DNA from: Polyangiaceae bacterium
Lineage (GTDB): Bacteria > Myxococcota_A > Polyangia > Polyangiales > Polyangiaceae
Assembly: GCA_050287085.1 (NCBI GenBank)
Contig: JBNKBE010000005.1
Location: forward strand, 32,001 to 96,000
Length of the DNA: 64,000 nt
Direction: 5' to 3'
Below are positions 30,813 through 39,670 of this stretch, one piece after another (the stretch's first letter is position 1; each line of letters opens with the position of its first letter). Both the position numbers and the translations under genes were made by a program. The notes below the pieces were generated by a model, which worked only from the letters and a program-made list of their open reading frames with translations, was not told the origin of the DNA and searched no databases.

Positions 30813-32470
30813 GGTGCTTTCTCCTCAAAGCGGTAGCGAAACTGATCTGTGCGCGTCAGGCCGACGATGAGATCATCTAGCCGGTAGCCCCGACGCGAGA
30901 ATTCCGTCTGCAACTGGTCGAGACTGGTCGCGTCTGCCGCATCCGGTGGGCGACCGAAGAAGAAGTGAAACGCCTTTTCTACCGCACAGCGACGAGCCAA
31001 CGCGCTGGTCGCCAAAGTCTCCGCGAAGTCGCTGAGCGAATCGTAGCGACCGTCAAGCTCCCCGAGACCTGTGAGTGTGGCTCTCACGTCGACAGATTGC
31101 CCAAGCTCGTCCTCCGTACGCATGCGTCCCACGGCGTCAAAGCCTTCGAATAACGCACCTAGCGGGTCGATCACAGCGTGACAGCCCCGGCACGCCGGCG
31201 CCTTCCGATGTGCCTCGAGCCGCTCACGCTGGGAGACCCCCGGCTCGGGCTCTGGCAGAGTGAAGTTCGCGTTCTCCGGAGGAGGCGGGGGTGGCGTACA
31301 CAAGACGTCTGTGCGGAGCCGTACTCCGCGGCGAACGATCGACGTACGATCAGCGCGATCTAGAGCGATCAGCATACCCTGCGTCAAGACGCCACTGCGC
31401 CCTGGGGCTGCCAGCCTCTCAAAAGCGTCGCCGGCTGGGATCTCCTGCAGCGCATAGTGTTGTGCCAAACGGCGGTTGGCAAAGGTATAGGGCGCGGTAT
31501 AGAGCTCTTCCAACGTCCCCCCGCCAGCCAGCAGGTTCAAGACGAATTGGCGCGCTTCAACCTGCATGAGAGTCGGTAGTTCCGCCGGCAGGTTCGGATA
31601 ATACGTGTCGTCGCGCACCAGCCCCGGAAGCTCGTCGAGCCCGAGCCACTGTTCGAAGAACTCATAGACGCGCAGGCTCTTCGCATCCCCGAGCATCCGC
31701 CGAACCTGCTCGCTGATATCCCCCTCGGTCTCGAGCTCACCCTCGGCCGCCGCATCGAGCAGGACCTGATCTGGAGCGCCTTGCCACAGTAGGTAGGCGA
31801 GTCTCGTGGCAAGCTCGAAAGCGCGCACCGTTTCGACTTCGTCCACCGGCAACTCAATGCGAAAGAGAAAGGGCGCCGCCGCAAGCAATCCCGTGGTCAT
31901 CCAGGTGAGCGCGCCGCGAAAGGTACTGGTTGCCTGCGCCCCCAGAGCGTATAGCTCGACCATCTGTTCCCGCTCCGCTCGGCTTAGCGGTCTTCGAAAC
32001 GCGCGCATCCCAAACGACTGCAGGAAAGCGCCGGCGCACTCGCTTTCGTCGGCCGCCGCGTCGACGTCACAGGGCACGAGCCCAGGCTTCGCGACCACCG
32101 CTTCGGCGACTTTGCTCGCGATATCGAGATAGGCGTGCGCCTGCACGGGCAAGACACCCTGGGTGGCGACACCATTTCGGAAGCCACCGGCCTCGGGTTC
32201 ACGGAGCAGCCCCTCGGTGGCGGCTCGCACGAAGTCCTCATCGCCAAGCAGATCTGTCAGGGTGTTTCGGTACTCGAAGTGGGTGAGGCGACGGAGGGGA
32301 AGCGCGGTACTCCGAGTCGCGGAGAAAGTACTGCCCGCGTCCTGCCCGCGCTCTCCTTCACGCGGCTCGAACTCCGAGCAGGCCGGAGTCGACCCGCCCA
32401 GGACCACCAGTGTCAGGGCAGCAGCACCCTTTCGTGCAATCGCACAGACCGCGGGCCGCCAGGTCCTCAC
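30809..32470 (-). CDS. DUF1592/DUF1588/DUF1595/DUF1587 family protein with one CxxCH
   Basis: LRRLTHFEYRNTLTDL, RAFRRPL, PFLFRIE, ELATRLAYLLWQGAPD, QWLGL, RSGVLTQG, CRGCHAVIDPLG. Confidence 0.92.
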   Translation of the reverse strand: MRTWRPAVCAIARKGAAALTLVVLGGSTPACSEFEPREGERGQDAGSTFSATRSTALPLRRLTHFEYRNTLTDLLGDEDFVRAATEGLLREPEAGGFRNGVATQGVLPVQAHAYLDIASKVAEAVVAKPGLVPCDVDAAADESECAGAFLQSFGMRAFRRPLSRAEREQMVELYALGAQATSTFRGALTWMTTGLLAAAPFLFRIELPVDEVETVRAFELATRLAYLLWQGAPDQVLLDAAAEGELETEGDISEQVRRMLGDAKSLRVYEFFEQWLGLDELPGLVRDDTYYPNLPAELPTLMQVEARQFVLNLLAGGGTLEELYTAPYTFANRRLAQHYALQEIPAGDAFERLAAPGRSGVLTQGMLIALDRADRTSIVRRGVRLRTDVLCTPPPPPPENANFTLPEPEPGVSQRERLEAHRKAPACRGCHAVIDPLGALFEGFDAVGRMRTEDELGQSVDVRATLTGLGELDGRYDSLSDFAETLATSALARRCAVEKAFHFFFGRPPDAADATSLDQLQTEFSRRGYRLDDLIVGLTRTDQFRYRFEEKAP

Positions 32471-33486
32471 GGCTGACTCCCTGCGTCGCTTTCCGGTGAA
32501 ATGCCGCCGTCCCCTTTCGGCTGGGGCGATGCACCAGCGTCCGTTGTGCTTGCACTGGCGTCCATTGCATTTGTGCCGGCGTCCGTTGTGCTTGCGCCCG
32601 CATCCGGCGAACCTCCGTCGCCGTCGACGACCGCGTCACCACGCGTGAAACGAAGACCGTCGATCATGAAGTCGTAGCTCTGACTTGGTCCCATTCTGAT
32701 CTGCACGGCATGAAGCTCCGACGGGTTCAAGGCCCCAACCGCCACCCCCCAGCCCTCTTGCCGAAACGCACTGAAAGGTAGAACGTGATGCGTCCACGTC
32801 TCCGACACTTCCACCTCGACACTATGAGCATCGTAACAACTCGTCGTCGGCGTACAGCGGCCTCCGTCCTCGCGCGGAATGACGTCGAGCGATGTCAGCG
32901 TGAGCAGCGGGGAGGGCCCATCGCCCCGAATCCAGAACTCGATGCCCGTATATACCGAGGCGTCATAGAAGCAGAAGGCTTCTCGCTCACTCCAGCGGAG
33001 TGCCGCCCCCACGCCCGACCCCCACTCCGCAAAGTCCTTGGACGTCACATGCAAAGCCCCGGTCATGCCGTCTTCAAAGTCGACGGTCCGCATCTCGAAC
33101 TCCACGCTGCCGCCGGGAGTGCCGTCCCCAAAAGAAAACCACTGGCCCCGGCGTCCTTCGAAGGACCGCGTCAGAAAGTCGTGATCGTCGAAGTCATCGA
33201 TCAAAGACTGACTTCCGTCGGCTACGGCGCTCGCACAGGCGACGAGCGGACGGTCGGCGCTCGGAAGCGACGCATCGTCGCTGTTCATGGCCCCCGCCCC
33301 CCCAACGCCGCTCGTGCTCGGCACGGAAACGTCCGGAATTGCCGGAAGTCCCTCTTGCTCGGGGCCGGCGTCGTCGCGGGATAAGCCTCCAGCATCCGCG
33401 GAGCTCTCTCCTTCGCTCTTTGCACACCCCAAAGCCAAAGCTCCCGAGATGGGCGCAAACAGCCACCAATACCCTAGTCGTCTCAT
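32467..33486 (-). CDS. Lipoprotein with CBM11/CIA30-like carbohydrate-binding domain and DAG-repeat linkers
   Basis: Lipobox ALGC, IDDFDD, YDASVYTGIEFWIRG, WTHHVLPFSAFRQEGWG, YDFMIDGLRF. GAGGAG Shine-Dalgarno before ATG 33486. Confidence 0.78.
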   Translation of the reverse strand: MRRLGYWWLFAPISGALALGCAKSEGESSADAGGLSRDDAGPEQEGLPAIPDVSVPSTSGVGGAGAMNSDDASLPSADRPLVACASAVADGSQSLIDDFDDHDFLTRSFEGRRGQWFSFGDGTPGGSVEFEMRTVDFEDGMTGALHVTSKDFAEWGSGVGAALRWSEREAFCFYDASVYTGIEFWIRGDGPSPLLTLTSLDVIPREDGGRCTPTTSCYDAHSVEVEVSETWTHHVLPFSAFRQEGWGVAVGALNPSELHAVQIRMGPSQSYDFMIDGLRFTRGDAVVDGDGGSPDAGASTTDAGTNAMDASASTTDAGASPQPKGDGGISPESDAGSQP

Positions 33487-33690
33487 CGTCGCTCCTCGCT
33501 CGCGCATCGAAGGCCACGAACGCAGCTCGGCGCGCACAGCCCTGTGTGCCACCTCGCGCGAGCGCCGCCCTATGTTTCCCCGGGACCCGCAGCTGCGCTA
33601 TCGCAGCCGATGTTTCCCAGAGAGACGCGTCAGGGCGTGGAGACTAGCTCATGTTTTTTTTCAGCGTCGCGGAGCGACGCAGCGCAGACC

Positions 33691-34329
33691 TCACGAGGCG
33701 TGCCGACTCCACCGCCGAAGCGCGCCGCTCGGGGCTCCGCAGCGCGCCGCTCGGGGCTGGGGGAGGAACAGGTCCCGAGACGCCCGCTTGCGGCCCAAAC
33801 CCAGCTCGGACCGCGCTTCATGCCTGCCGCCGATGAAGGTTGGAACTGCATCGAGAATCTCGTTGTAGGGCCCGAAGCGCCGATAGGTCTTGCCCGCCCG
33901 GATATTGAGATATCCGGGTATCAGCGGTGCCTCGACCCAGGCGTTACGAGCCGCCAACCCTTCGTCTTGGGTGGTACGACCCGCGCCAGGAGCTGCGAAG
34001 TTGAGAGAGAATCGGTATGTCGAGTGAATCGAACCCTACACCCTCACATTGAGGTGCAACACGTCGAACTCATGCGGATTGCTTGCGTAGACAGTCTCTC
34101 CACTGTCGTCGATCCCCGAGGGGGTCTTGGCGACCTTTTCCCAGTATGAATCGATGAAGCCATAGAACTTTGCGTGGAATACGGCCGGGACACCGACCTC
34201 GTCGCCCAACTCATTTAGGTCACCCCAACTAGCGGCGACTAGGTCCGCATCGGAGACGTCGAGGCGTCCGAGGCGGGTACAGGCTGTCCCCCTGTCCCCT
34301 CCATCTCGGAGACCATTGCATTCCCGCAA
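33691..34329 (-). pseudogene. Remnant of a porin-like outer-membrane beta-barrel gene with an in-frame TAG
   Basis: ORFs 34036-34329 and 33691-33957 share one frame: FYGFIDSYW...FDVLHLNVRV*GSIHSTYRFSLNF...RNAWVEAPLIPGYLNIRAGKTYRRFGPYNE. The pattern fits amphipathic beta strands. Confidence 0.65.
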
Positions 34330-34410
34330 GTACGTACGCTGCGGAGGTCTATTGAGCGCTCCCTTGCTTATCGCGCCGCTCGAGGCTCTGTTTGGTACCG
34401 AGCCGCTGAC

Positions 34411-36354
34411 CTATTTCGATTTCTTCTTCGGCCCCTGGTCGTAGCCGCGGGGCCGATACTTCGGAGCAACTCCTCCGTGCTTCTCGCCATTGCTGAGAAT
34501 GTCTCCGGAAAGGTAGGCGATCCACGTCCCTGGGTAGTCCGAAATCAGCTCCTCGAGTTCGTCTCGATGGGCAAAGATAGCGCGTTCATCCCACATGCAC
34601 TGCAGCGCCAAGGCTATCAGCCCCTGCTGGTTCGGGCCCAACTTGAACCCCTGAAGGTAGTAGGGCCAGGCTTCTTCTACTCGCTTGAGTCTGCAAAGCA
34701 CGTCCCCCACATAGACCAACCCCATCGGCCAGTGCGGCGCCAACTCGGTGGCGCGGCGATTCTCGACTAGGCGAGCCTCGAGTTGCTCGCGTGCCCCCAG
34801 CATAACACCGTAGTTCAGGTGTGCTTTGGCGCTGCGCGGAGCGGCCCTGGAGGTTGAACGCCAGAAATCCAAGTCAGATGAGTAGTCAAAGGCGTGTGCA
34901 CGGGCCCGCAGCGCCTGAAATGTCAGAAATGCCGCGAATAGGCCGTAGCCAAAGCGCTGCGTCGCCGGACGTCTCATGAGCGCAGCGAACGCTAGCGCGA
35001 GCAGCAGAGAGGTACCGACGATGGGCAAATACCAGAAGCGCTCAGCTCTCACCGTCGGGAGCAGCAACGGAATGTTGGAGTGCGGGAAATACGTCACAGG
35101 CACCCAAATCAGCGCCAAGGCGGCCACGACGCGACGCCGACTGTTGAGCGATGATTCACTCGCCTGCAATACGGGTCGTAGCCGCTCGCAGTACACGGAC
35201 TGAAGCCACAACCCAGCACCGACAACCGGCGGGAGTACCATGGCCGCTCCGCCGAGAAGGCTCTCGGGAAATAGCACCTTCGTCGGTATGGGTTCCTGCG
35301 GATAGGAATAGTCACCGCTCAGACGCCAGGGCAACACGACTTGACCTAATCCGCGAAAGTACACCCGCAGGGCCCCCGCGACCCGGTGGGGCAAATCTGC
35401 CTCGACGAGCGGGTTGTTGATACCGTTCTTCGGGAGGGCCGGCTGCCGAAACCACTGCAAGAACGCATGAAACGCCCGGCGCACCCACGAAGCGTCGTCC
35501 GGGAGTGCTTCTACGGAAGGCGCGACCGGAAAGAAGTGCCGCCGAAAATACGTGTACGCCACAACTGCAAGCACGGATCCCACGAAGACCAAGGTGGTCC
35601 GCGACACGCGACAAGGACGTTCCGGATGATCCAGCGGTGCCGTCAAGAGAGCACACGTCGCCAGCATAGGGACGACGGTGAGCATGCTTTCCTTTGCCAG
35701 GAGGCCCAGAAACACACCCACAAAAGCCAGCGGGAGCTGGTACGGCATCGCCAGCCGCAGCGAGTAGAGCACGGCCAGGGTAAACGTTCCACTCAGGACA
35801 TCCGCGATTCCGACGACTCCGCAGACCGCTTCCGTCACGATCGCCGCCGACACCATGATCACCCCCGCAAACCAGGCGGTACGGACCGAACCCACCCATC
35901 GGTAGGTGAGCCCGGCGAGAGCGGCTCCGTTGAGACCGTGAAAGACGACGTTGAACCAATGCGGCAACCAGGCGTGCTCACGCACCCGCCACAACAGACG
36001 CCAGATCATGTTGGGTAGGGGGCGATAGGAACCGATCGTCCCCTTCGGTGGAAGCCCCCAGAAGTCGCGCTCGAACACCTGCCAGAACCCAAGCTGATCG
36101 CCATTGACGTAGGGATTGGCAAGCAGCGCTTCTTGTTCGTCAAAGATGTAGTTGGTCCATAGGCTGCGAGTGAAGAGCAGCGCACTGAGCAGCAGGAGCG
36201 GCGGAAATGCGCGACTGAAGGTCACCGGCGCACGCAGGTAGCCCGCGAGGCCCCGCCCCCCCTCAATGAACCCCTTGCGGACCCAGCGGTAGAACGTCCC
36301 CGCTGGGTGGCGTGGCCCGTACGAGCCTGTTTTGGTGGTGGTTCTCATCTGCAC
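34411..36354 (-). CDS. TMTC-like GT-C glycosyltransferase (DUF1736 plus TPR)
   Basis: YIFDEQEAL, DFWG, SYRPL, multiple TM helices, LSGDYSY, AERFWYLP and C-terminal TPRs (PRSAKAHLNYG). Confidence 0.8.
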   Translation of the reverse strand: MQMRTTTKTGSYGPRHPAGTFYRWVRKGFIEGGRGLAGYLRAPVTFSRAFPPLLLLSALLFTRSLWTNYIFDEQEALLANPYVNGDQLGFWQVFERDFWGLPPKGTIGSYRPLPNMIWRLLWRVREHAWLPHWFNVVFHGLNGAALAGLTYRWVGSVRTAWFAGVIMVSAAIVTEAVCGVVGIADVLSGTFTLAVLYSLRLAMPYQLPLAFVGVFLGLLAKESMLTVVPMLATCALLTAPLDHPERPCRVSRTTLVFVGSVLAVVAYTYFRRHFFPVAPSVEALPDDASWVRRAFHAFLQWFRQPALPKNGINNPLVEADLPHRVAGALRVYFRGLGQVVLPWRLSGDYSYPQEPIPTKVLFPESLLGGAAMVLPPVVGAGLWLQSVYCERLRPVLQASESSLNSRRRVVAALALIWVPVTYFPHSNIPLLLPTVRAERFWYLPIVGTSLLLALAFAALMRRPATQRFGYGLFAAFLTFQALRARAHAFDYSSDLDFWRSTSRAAPRSAKAHLNYGVMLGAREQLEARLVENRRATELAPHWPMGLVYVGDVLCRLKRVEEAWPYYLQGFKLGPNQQGLIALALQCMWDERAIFAHRDELEELISDYPGTWIAYLSGDILSNGEKHGGVAPKYRPRGYDQGPKKKSK

Positions 36355-36493
36355 GTCGATCCAGCCTGGCGGCGCGGCCAGTGCCGTCGGTTATACCCAT
36401 CCCGCTCGTCTCGCTCAATCGAGGTCGGGACGCCTGGCCAGTAGCGGTTATGCGGTTGCGGAGAGCCGGGGGTTGTGGGACGACGCTCGCTTG

Positions 36494-37855
36494 ATGAGTC
36501 AGGGCCCCGAGTTCGATGGCTGTGATGTCGAGCGATGCCTTCGCAGTGGGCCGGTCACCAACTGGTACTTGGGCACCCAGCGCGAAGTAGGTCGCCGCGT
36601 CGTTATCAAGAGCCTGAGCGAGAACGTGCTGCCGCAATCGCCGTTTGCGCTTCCGCTCGAACGGGAGGCGCGCATCCTCGGTCGTTTGCAACACCCGGGC
36701 GTGATTGCTCTCTACGATTTGGTCAAGCGCGAGCGACGCATGTGGCTGCTGCGGGAGTACGTCGAAGGGGGCACCCTGGCAGAGGTGCTGCAGGAACGCG
36801 GAACACTCGAAATAGCGCCAGCGCTGGCCATCGCACTGCAAGTGGCCGAAGCGTTGGCGTACGTGCACGCCAACGGCATCGTGCATCGCGACGTTCAGCC
36901 GAGAAACCTGCTCGTGTCGCGCGCCGGCGAAGTCAAGGTGAGCAACTTCTTTCTGGCCACGGAGCGCGCGTCCGTTGCTCCTCCCGAGTTGTTGGAGGGT
37001 AATAGCGGCTTCGCGGAACCCCACTATATGTCCCCGGAGCAGGTCCTGGGTGAACCGCCCGACCCGCGAAGTGATCTCTTCTCTCTGGGCGTTGTCCTGC
37101 ATGAAGCGCTTTCGGGGCAACACCCCTTCGCGGCACCTGACCGCCGTTCCACCACGCAACGTATCCGTCACGACCCGCCAACGGAGCTCCCCAAGCGGCT
37201 AGGAGTGCCGCCCTCAGTAGAGCGACTTCTACAACGTGCTCTCCAGAAAGTGCCGAGCGATCGCTTCGCGGACGCCCGGGAGATGTCGGTATCGCTGCAG
37301 CAGTGCCTGCACGAGGCGGTCGGCGAAAGGTCGCCGCTTGCGGTGGTCGTCGAAAGCCTGAAGTCAGCCCCCGGTGGAGAGCCAAAACCCCGGAGCAAAC
37401 CTCACGCGGAGACCCTGCCACACAGGGAATTCCGACCTTTCCGCGTGAGTCTATACATCGCGCTATTCGTGCTACTGCTCGGCGGCGTGTGGCTCATTCG
37501 GCGCTCACTCGTGCGGGATGAACTGCAGCACAAGAGCGCTGACGCACGCTTGCCGCTACGCCCATCGTCGGCGGGCTCGCTCAGAGTGCTGGCCCGCCCC
37601 TGGGCAGAAATCCACGTCGATGGGCAGACCATAGGAACCACGCCGATCGCCGACTCCATCCCGCTGGCGACCGGCGTACACTACGTGATGCTCGTGCACC
37701 CAGACGCAGACCCCGTCCATCGCAGGATCGTGGTCGGTCGCGATCAGCCTGTGTTGCTGGACGTCGAGATGCCAGTCAGAACTCCCCCCGAAACGATCAC
37801 CAGCGTCCCATCCCCGCCCGTATCGCCGCCGGATGCGGGTTCTCTTTCGCCCTAA
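36494..37855 (+). CDS. Hanks-type Ser/Thr kinase-like membrane protein with PEGA domain; probable pseudokinase
   Basis: VVIK, REARIL..LQHPG, HRDVQPRN, NFF in place of DFG, YMSPEQ, SDLFSLG, TM helix and PWAEIHVDG PEGA domain. Start at ATG 36494. Confidence 0.88.
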   Translation: MSQGPEFDGCDVERCLRSGPVTNWYLGTQREVGRRVVIKSLSENVLPQSPFALPLEREARILGRLQHPGVIALYDLVKRERRMWLLREYVEGGTLAEVLQERGTLEIAPALAIALQVAEALAYVHANGIVHRDVQPRNLLVSRAGEVKVSNFFLATERASVAPPELLEGNSGFAEPHYMSPEQVLGEPPDPRSDLFSLGVVLHEALSGQHPFAAPDRRSTTQRIRHDPPTELPKRLGVPPSVERLLQRALQKVPSDRFADAREMSVSLQQCLHEAVGERSPLAVVVESLKSAPGGEPKPRSKPHAETLPHREFRPFRVSLYIALFVLLLGGVWLIRRSLVRDELQHKSADARLPLRPSSAGSLRVLARPWAEIHVDGQTIGTTPIADSIPLATGVHYVMLVHPDADPVHRRIVVGRDQPVLLDVEMPVRTPPETITSVPSPPVSPPDAGSLSP

Positions 37856-37890
37856 CGCCGGACCCCAAGCTAGCGCCGACGCTGAGTGGG

Positions 37891-38628
37891 CTAGCGCCAG
37901 TACTGGCGCTCCTCGCTTTGCTGCAACGCAAGTCGACTTTGTTCCTGCAGGAACGCGCCGTACGCGGTGGGAACCCGCGAGTCGTTCATGAGCTTGAGCA
38001 AGACGAGGCCTGCGGCGGCCGCGTCATCTGTTGCGCGGTGCGCGTTTTCGAGCTCGACACCGAGCAGTGATGCCATCGCGCCCAGCGCTTTGGACTTCTC
38101 GCTGGCGTGAAGGTACCGCGCCCACGTCAGCGGATCGACCCAGCGCGTACCCTCGCGAAACGCCCCTGGTAGCGCTCCGGTCGCCACCTTCGCGCGGCGC
38201 AGCTCTGCCATTAGAAAGCGACGGTCAAAGTCCGCGTTGTAGGCGACCGGCACCGCGCCGCCGACCGAGGCCAGGAGCTCCGGCACGATTTCGGCAAAGC
38301 GCGGCTTGTCCGCGACGTCGGCATCGCTGATGCCGTGCACCGCAAAAGCATCCTCGGGAATAGGGCATTCCGGATTGATAAGCCAGCCGTGGCGACTGAT
38401 CTCCACGCCGCCCTCATAGACGACGCAACCAATCTCGATCACCCGGTCGTGCTCCCAATCACGCCCGGTCGTTTCGGTGTCGATAGAGACCAGACGCAAG
38501 GAACTTACGGGCGCGGCAGCATCAATGCCATCAATGAGCCCCGCTGCCGCAACCCGAATCAGGTGGGCGATCCCCGGATAGTGTCGTCCGGTCGGAAAAC
38601 AGCCTTCACCCTCGAATGAAAATCGCAT
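37891..38628 (-). CDS. DEDDh 3'-5' exonuclease (DnaQ/Pol III epsilon-like)
   Basis: ExoI DTETTG, ExoII AYNADFD, ExoIII HRATDDA. Confidence 0.92.
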   Translation of the reverse strand: MRFSFEGEGCFPTGRHYPGIAHLIRVAAAGLIDGIDAAAPVSSLRLVSIDTETTGRDWEHDRVIEIGCVVYEGGVEISRHGWLINPECPIPEDAFAVHGISDADVADKPRFAEIVPELLASVGGAVPVAYNADFDRRFLMAELRRAKVATGALPGAFREGTRWVDPLTWARYLHASEKSKALGAMASLLGVELENAHRATDDAAAAGLVLLKLMNDSRVPTAYGAFLQEQSRLALQQSEERQYWR

Positions 38629-38634
38629 GCTCGG

Positions 38635-39621
38635 CTACTGCGCCACGCCCGTGCTAGCGGCAGCTTCGGCGCCGCCAGCAGGTGCAGCAGCTTGGTTCGC
38701 TCCGGTGCGAAGTTTGATCTCCAGAGCTAGCCACGCCTCTAGATCGTCGGCCAATTCGAAGTGGTCCATGTCAAAGAAGCGACCGTTGATGTAGAGAGAA
38801 GGCGTACCCTGCAACCCGAGAGCCTCAGCTTGCTTGCGATCGCGAGTGACGCGGTCGGCGACTTCCTCGCTCTTTCTATCCGCTTCAAACTGTTTGAGGT
38901 CTAGACCGATACTAGCGGCTAGTTTGAGTAGCCCAGCGTCATCCAGCTCCTGCTGATGGGTGAACAACTCATGGTGCATCTCCCAAAACTTGCCCTGCTT
39001 GGCTGCTGCCATGGAGGCCCGGGCAGCCTGTTCGGCGTGCTCGTGCATGGATAGAGGGAAGTTCTTGAAGGCAAAGCGTACCTTGTCGGGATACTTGCTC
39101 ACGGCCGCCTCGATCAAAGGAGCAGCCATGCCGCAGAAGGGGCACTCAAAGTCCGCCCACTCCACGACGGTCACCACCGGATCGCTCGCGCCTCGAGCTG
39201 GAGAGTCCCCAATGTCGATGCTCTTGACGCTTTCGTCTCCGAATCTCTGGCGAAATGCGGCTTCCGCCTGGGAGCGCGTCTTTCCCCTGGTCACCTGTAC
39301 GGCCAAGAACTGACTTGCGGGGAGACATGCTTCGCAGTCTCGCTTCTCGAGGACACACTGCGCCAGGCTCACTGGCTGATTCGAACAGGGTGCGAGGAGC
39401 TCATTTACATACTTGGACCACTGGGTTCGTTCCCGGGCCGTCAGCTTGGAAGTATCCACTCCTGGCAGCTCCACCGCCTGCGCCTGGGCGCGGTTGACGG
39501 GCTCGCTTTGATTTGGGGTTTGAGACTGACATCCAGCCAAGAACCCAAGACACACAACCAGCCACAGCTGCTGAAGCAGGGGCTGTACTAGGACCGGAAA
39601 TGCACGGGGCCGACTGCGCAT
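38635..39621 (-). CDS. DsbA-family thioredoxin-fold lipoprotein
   Basis: Lipobox FLAGC, DFECPFC, FPLSMH, GTPSLYING, plus an extra four-Cys N-terminal domain. Confidence 0.9.
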   Translation of the reverse strand: MRSRPRAFPVLVQPLLQQLWLVVCLGFLAGCQSQTPNQSEPVNRAQAQAVELPGVDTSKLTARERTQWSKYVNELLAPCSNQPVSLAQCVLEKRDCEACLPASQFLAVQVTRGKTRSQAEAAFRQRFGDESVKSIDIGDSPARGASDPVVTVVEWADFECPFCGMAAPLIEAAVSKYPDKVRFAFKNFPLSMHEHAEQAARASMAAAKQGKFWEMHHELFTHQQELDDAGLLKLAASIGLDLKQFEADRKSEEVADRVTRDRKQAEALGLQGTPSLYINGRFFDMDHFELADDLEAWLALEIKLRTGANQAAAPAGGAEAAASTGVAQ

Positions 39622-39670
39622 GCCGTGGAGACTAGCGGACGACGCCGCAAGTTGGTAGCCCTCAGCCGCC

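Noticed and set aside
34036..34038. Pyrrolysine or amber recoding
   Set aside because: No pyl genes in the window, TAG is a normal stop in many genes here, and the gene also appears truncated.
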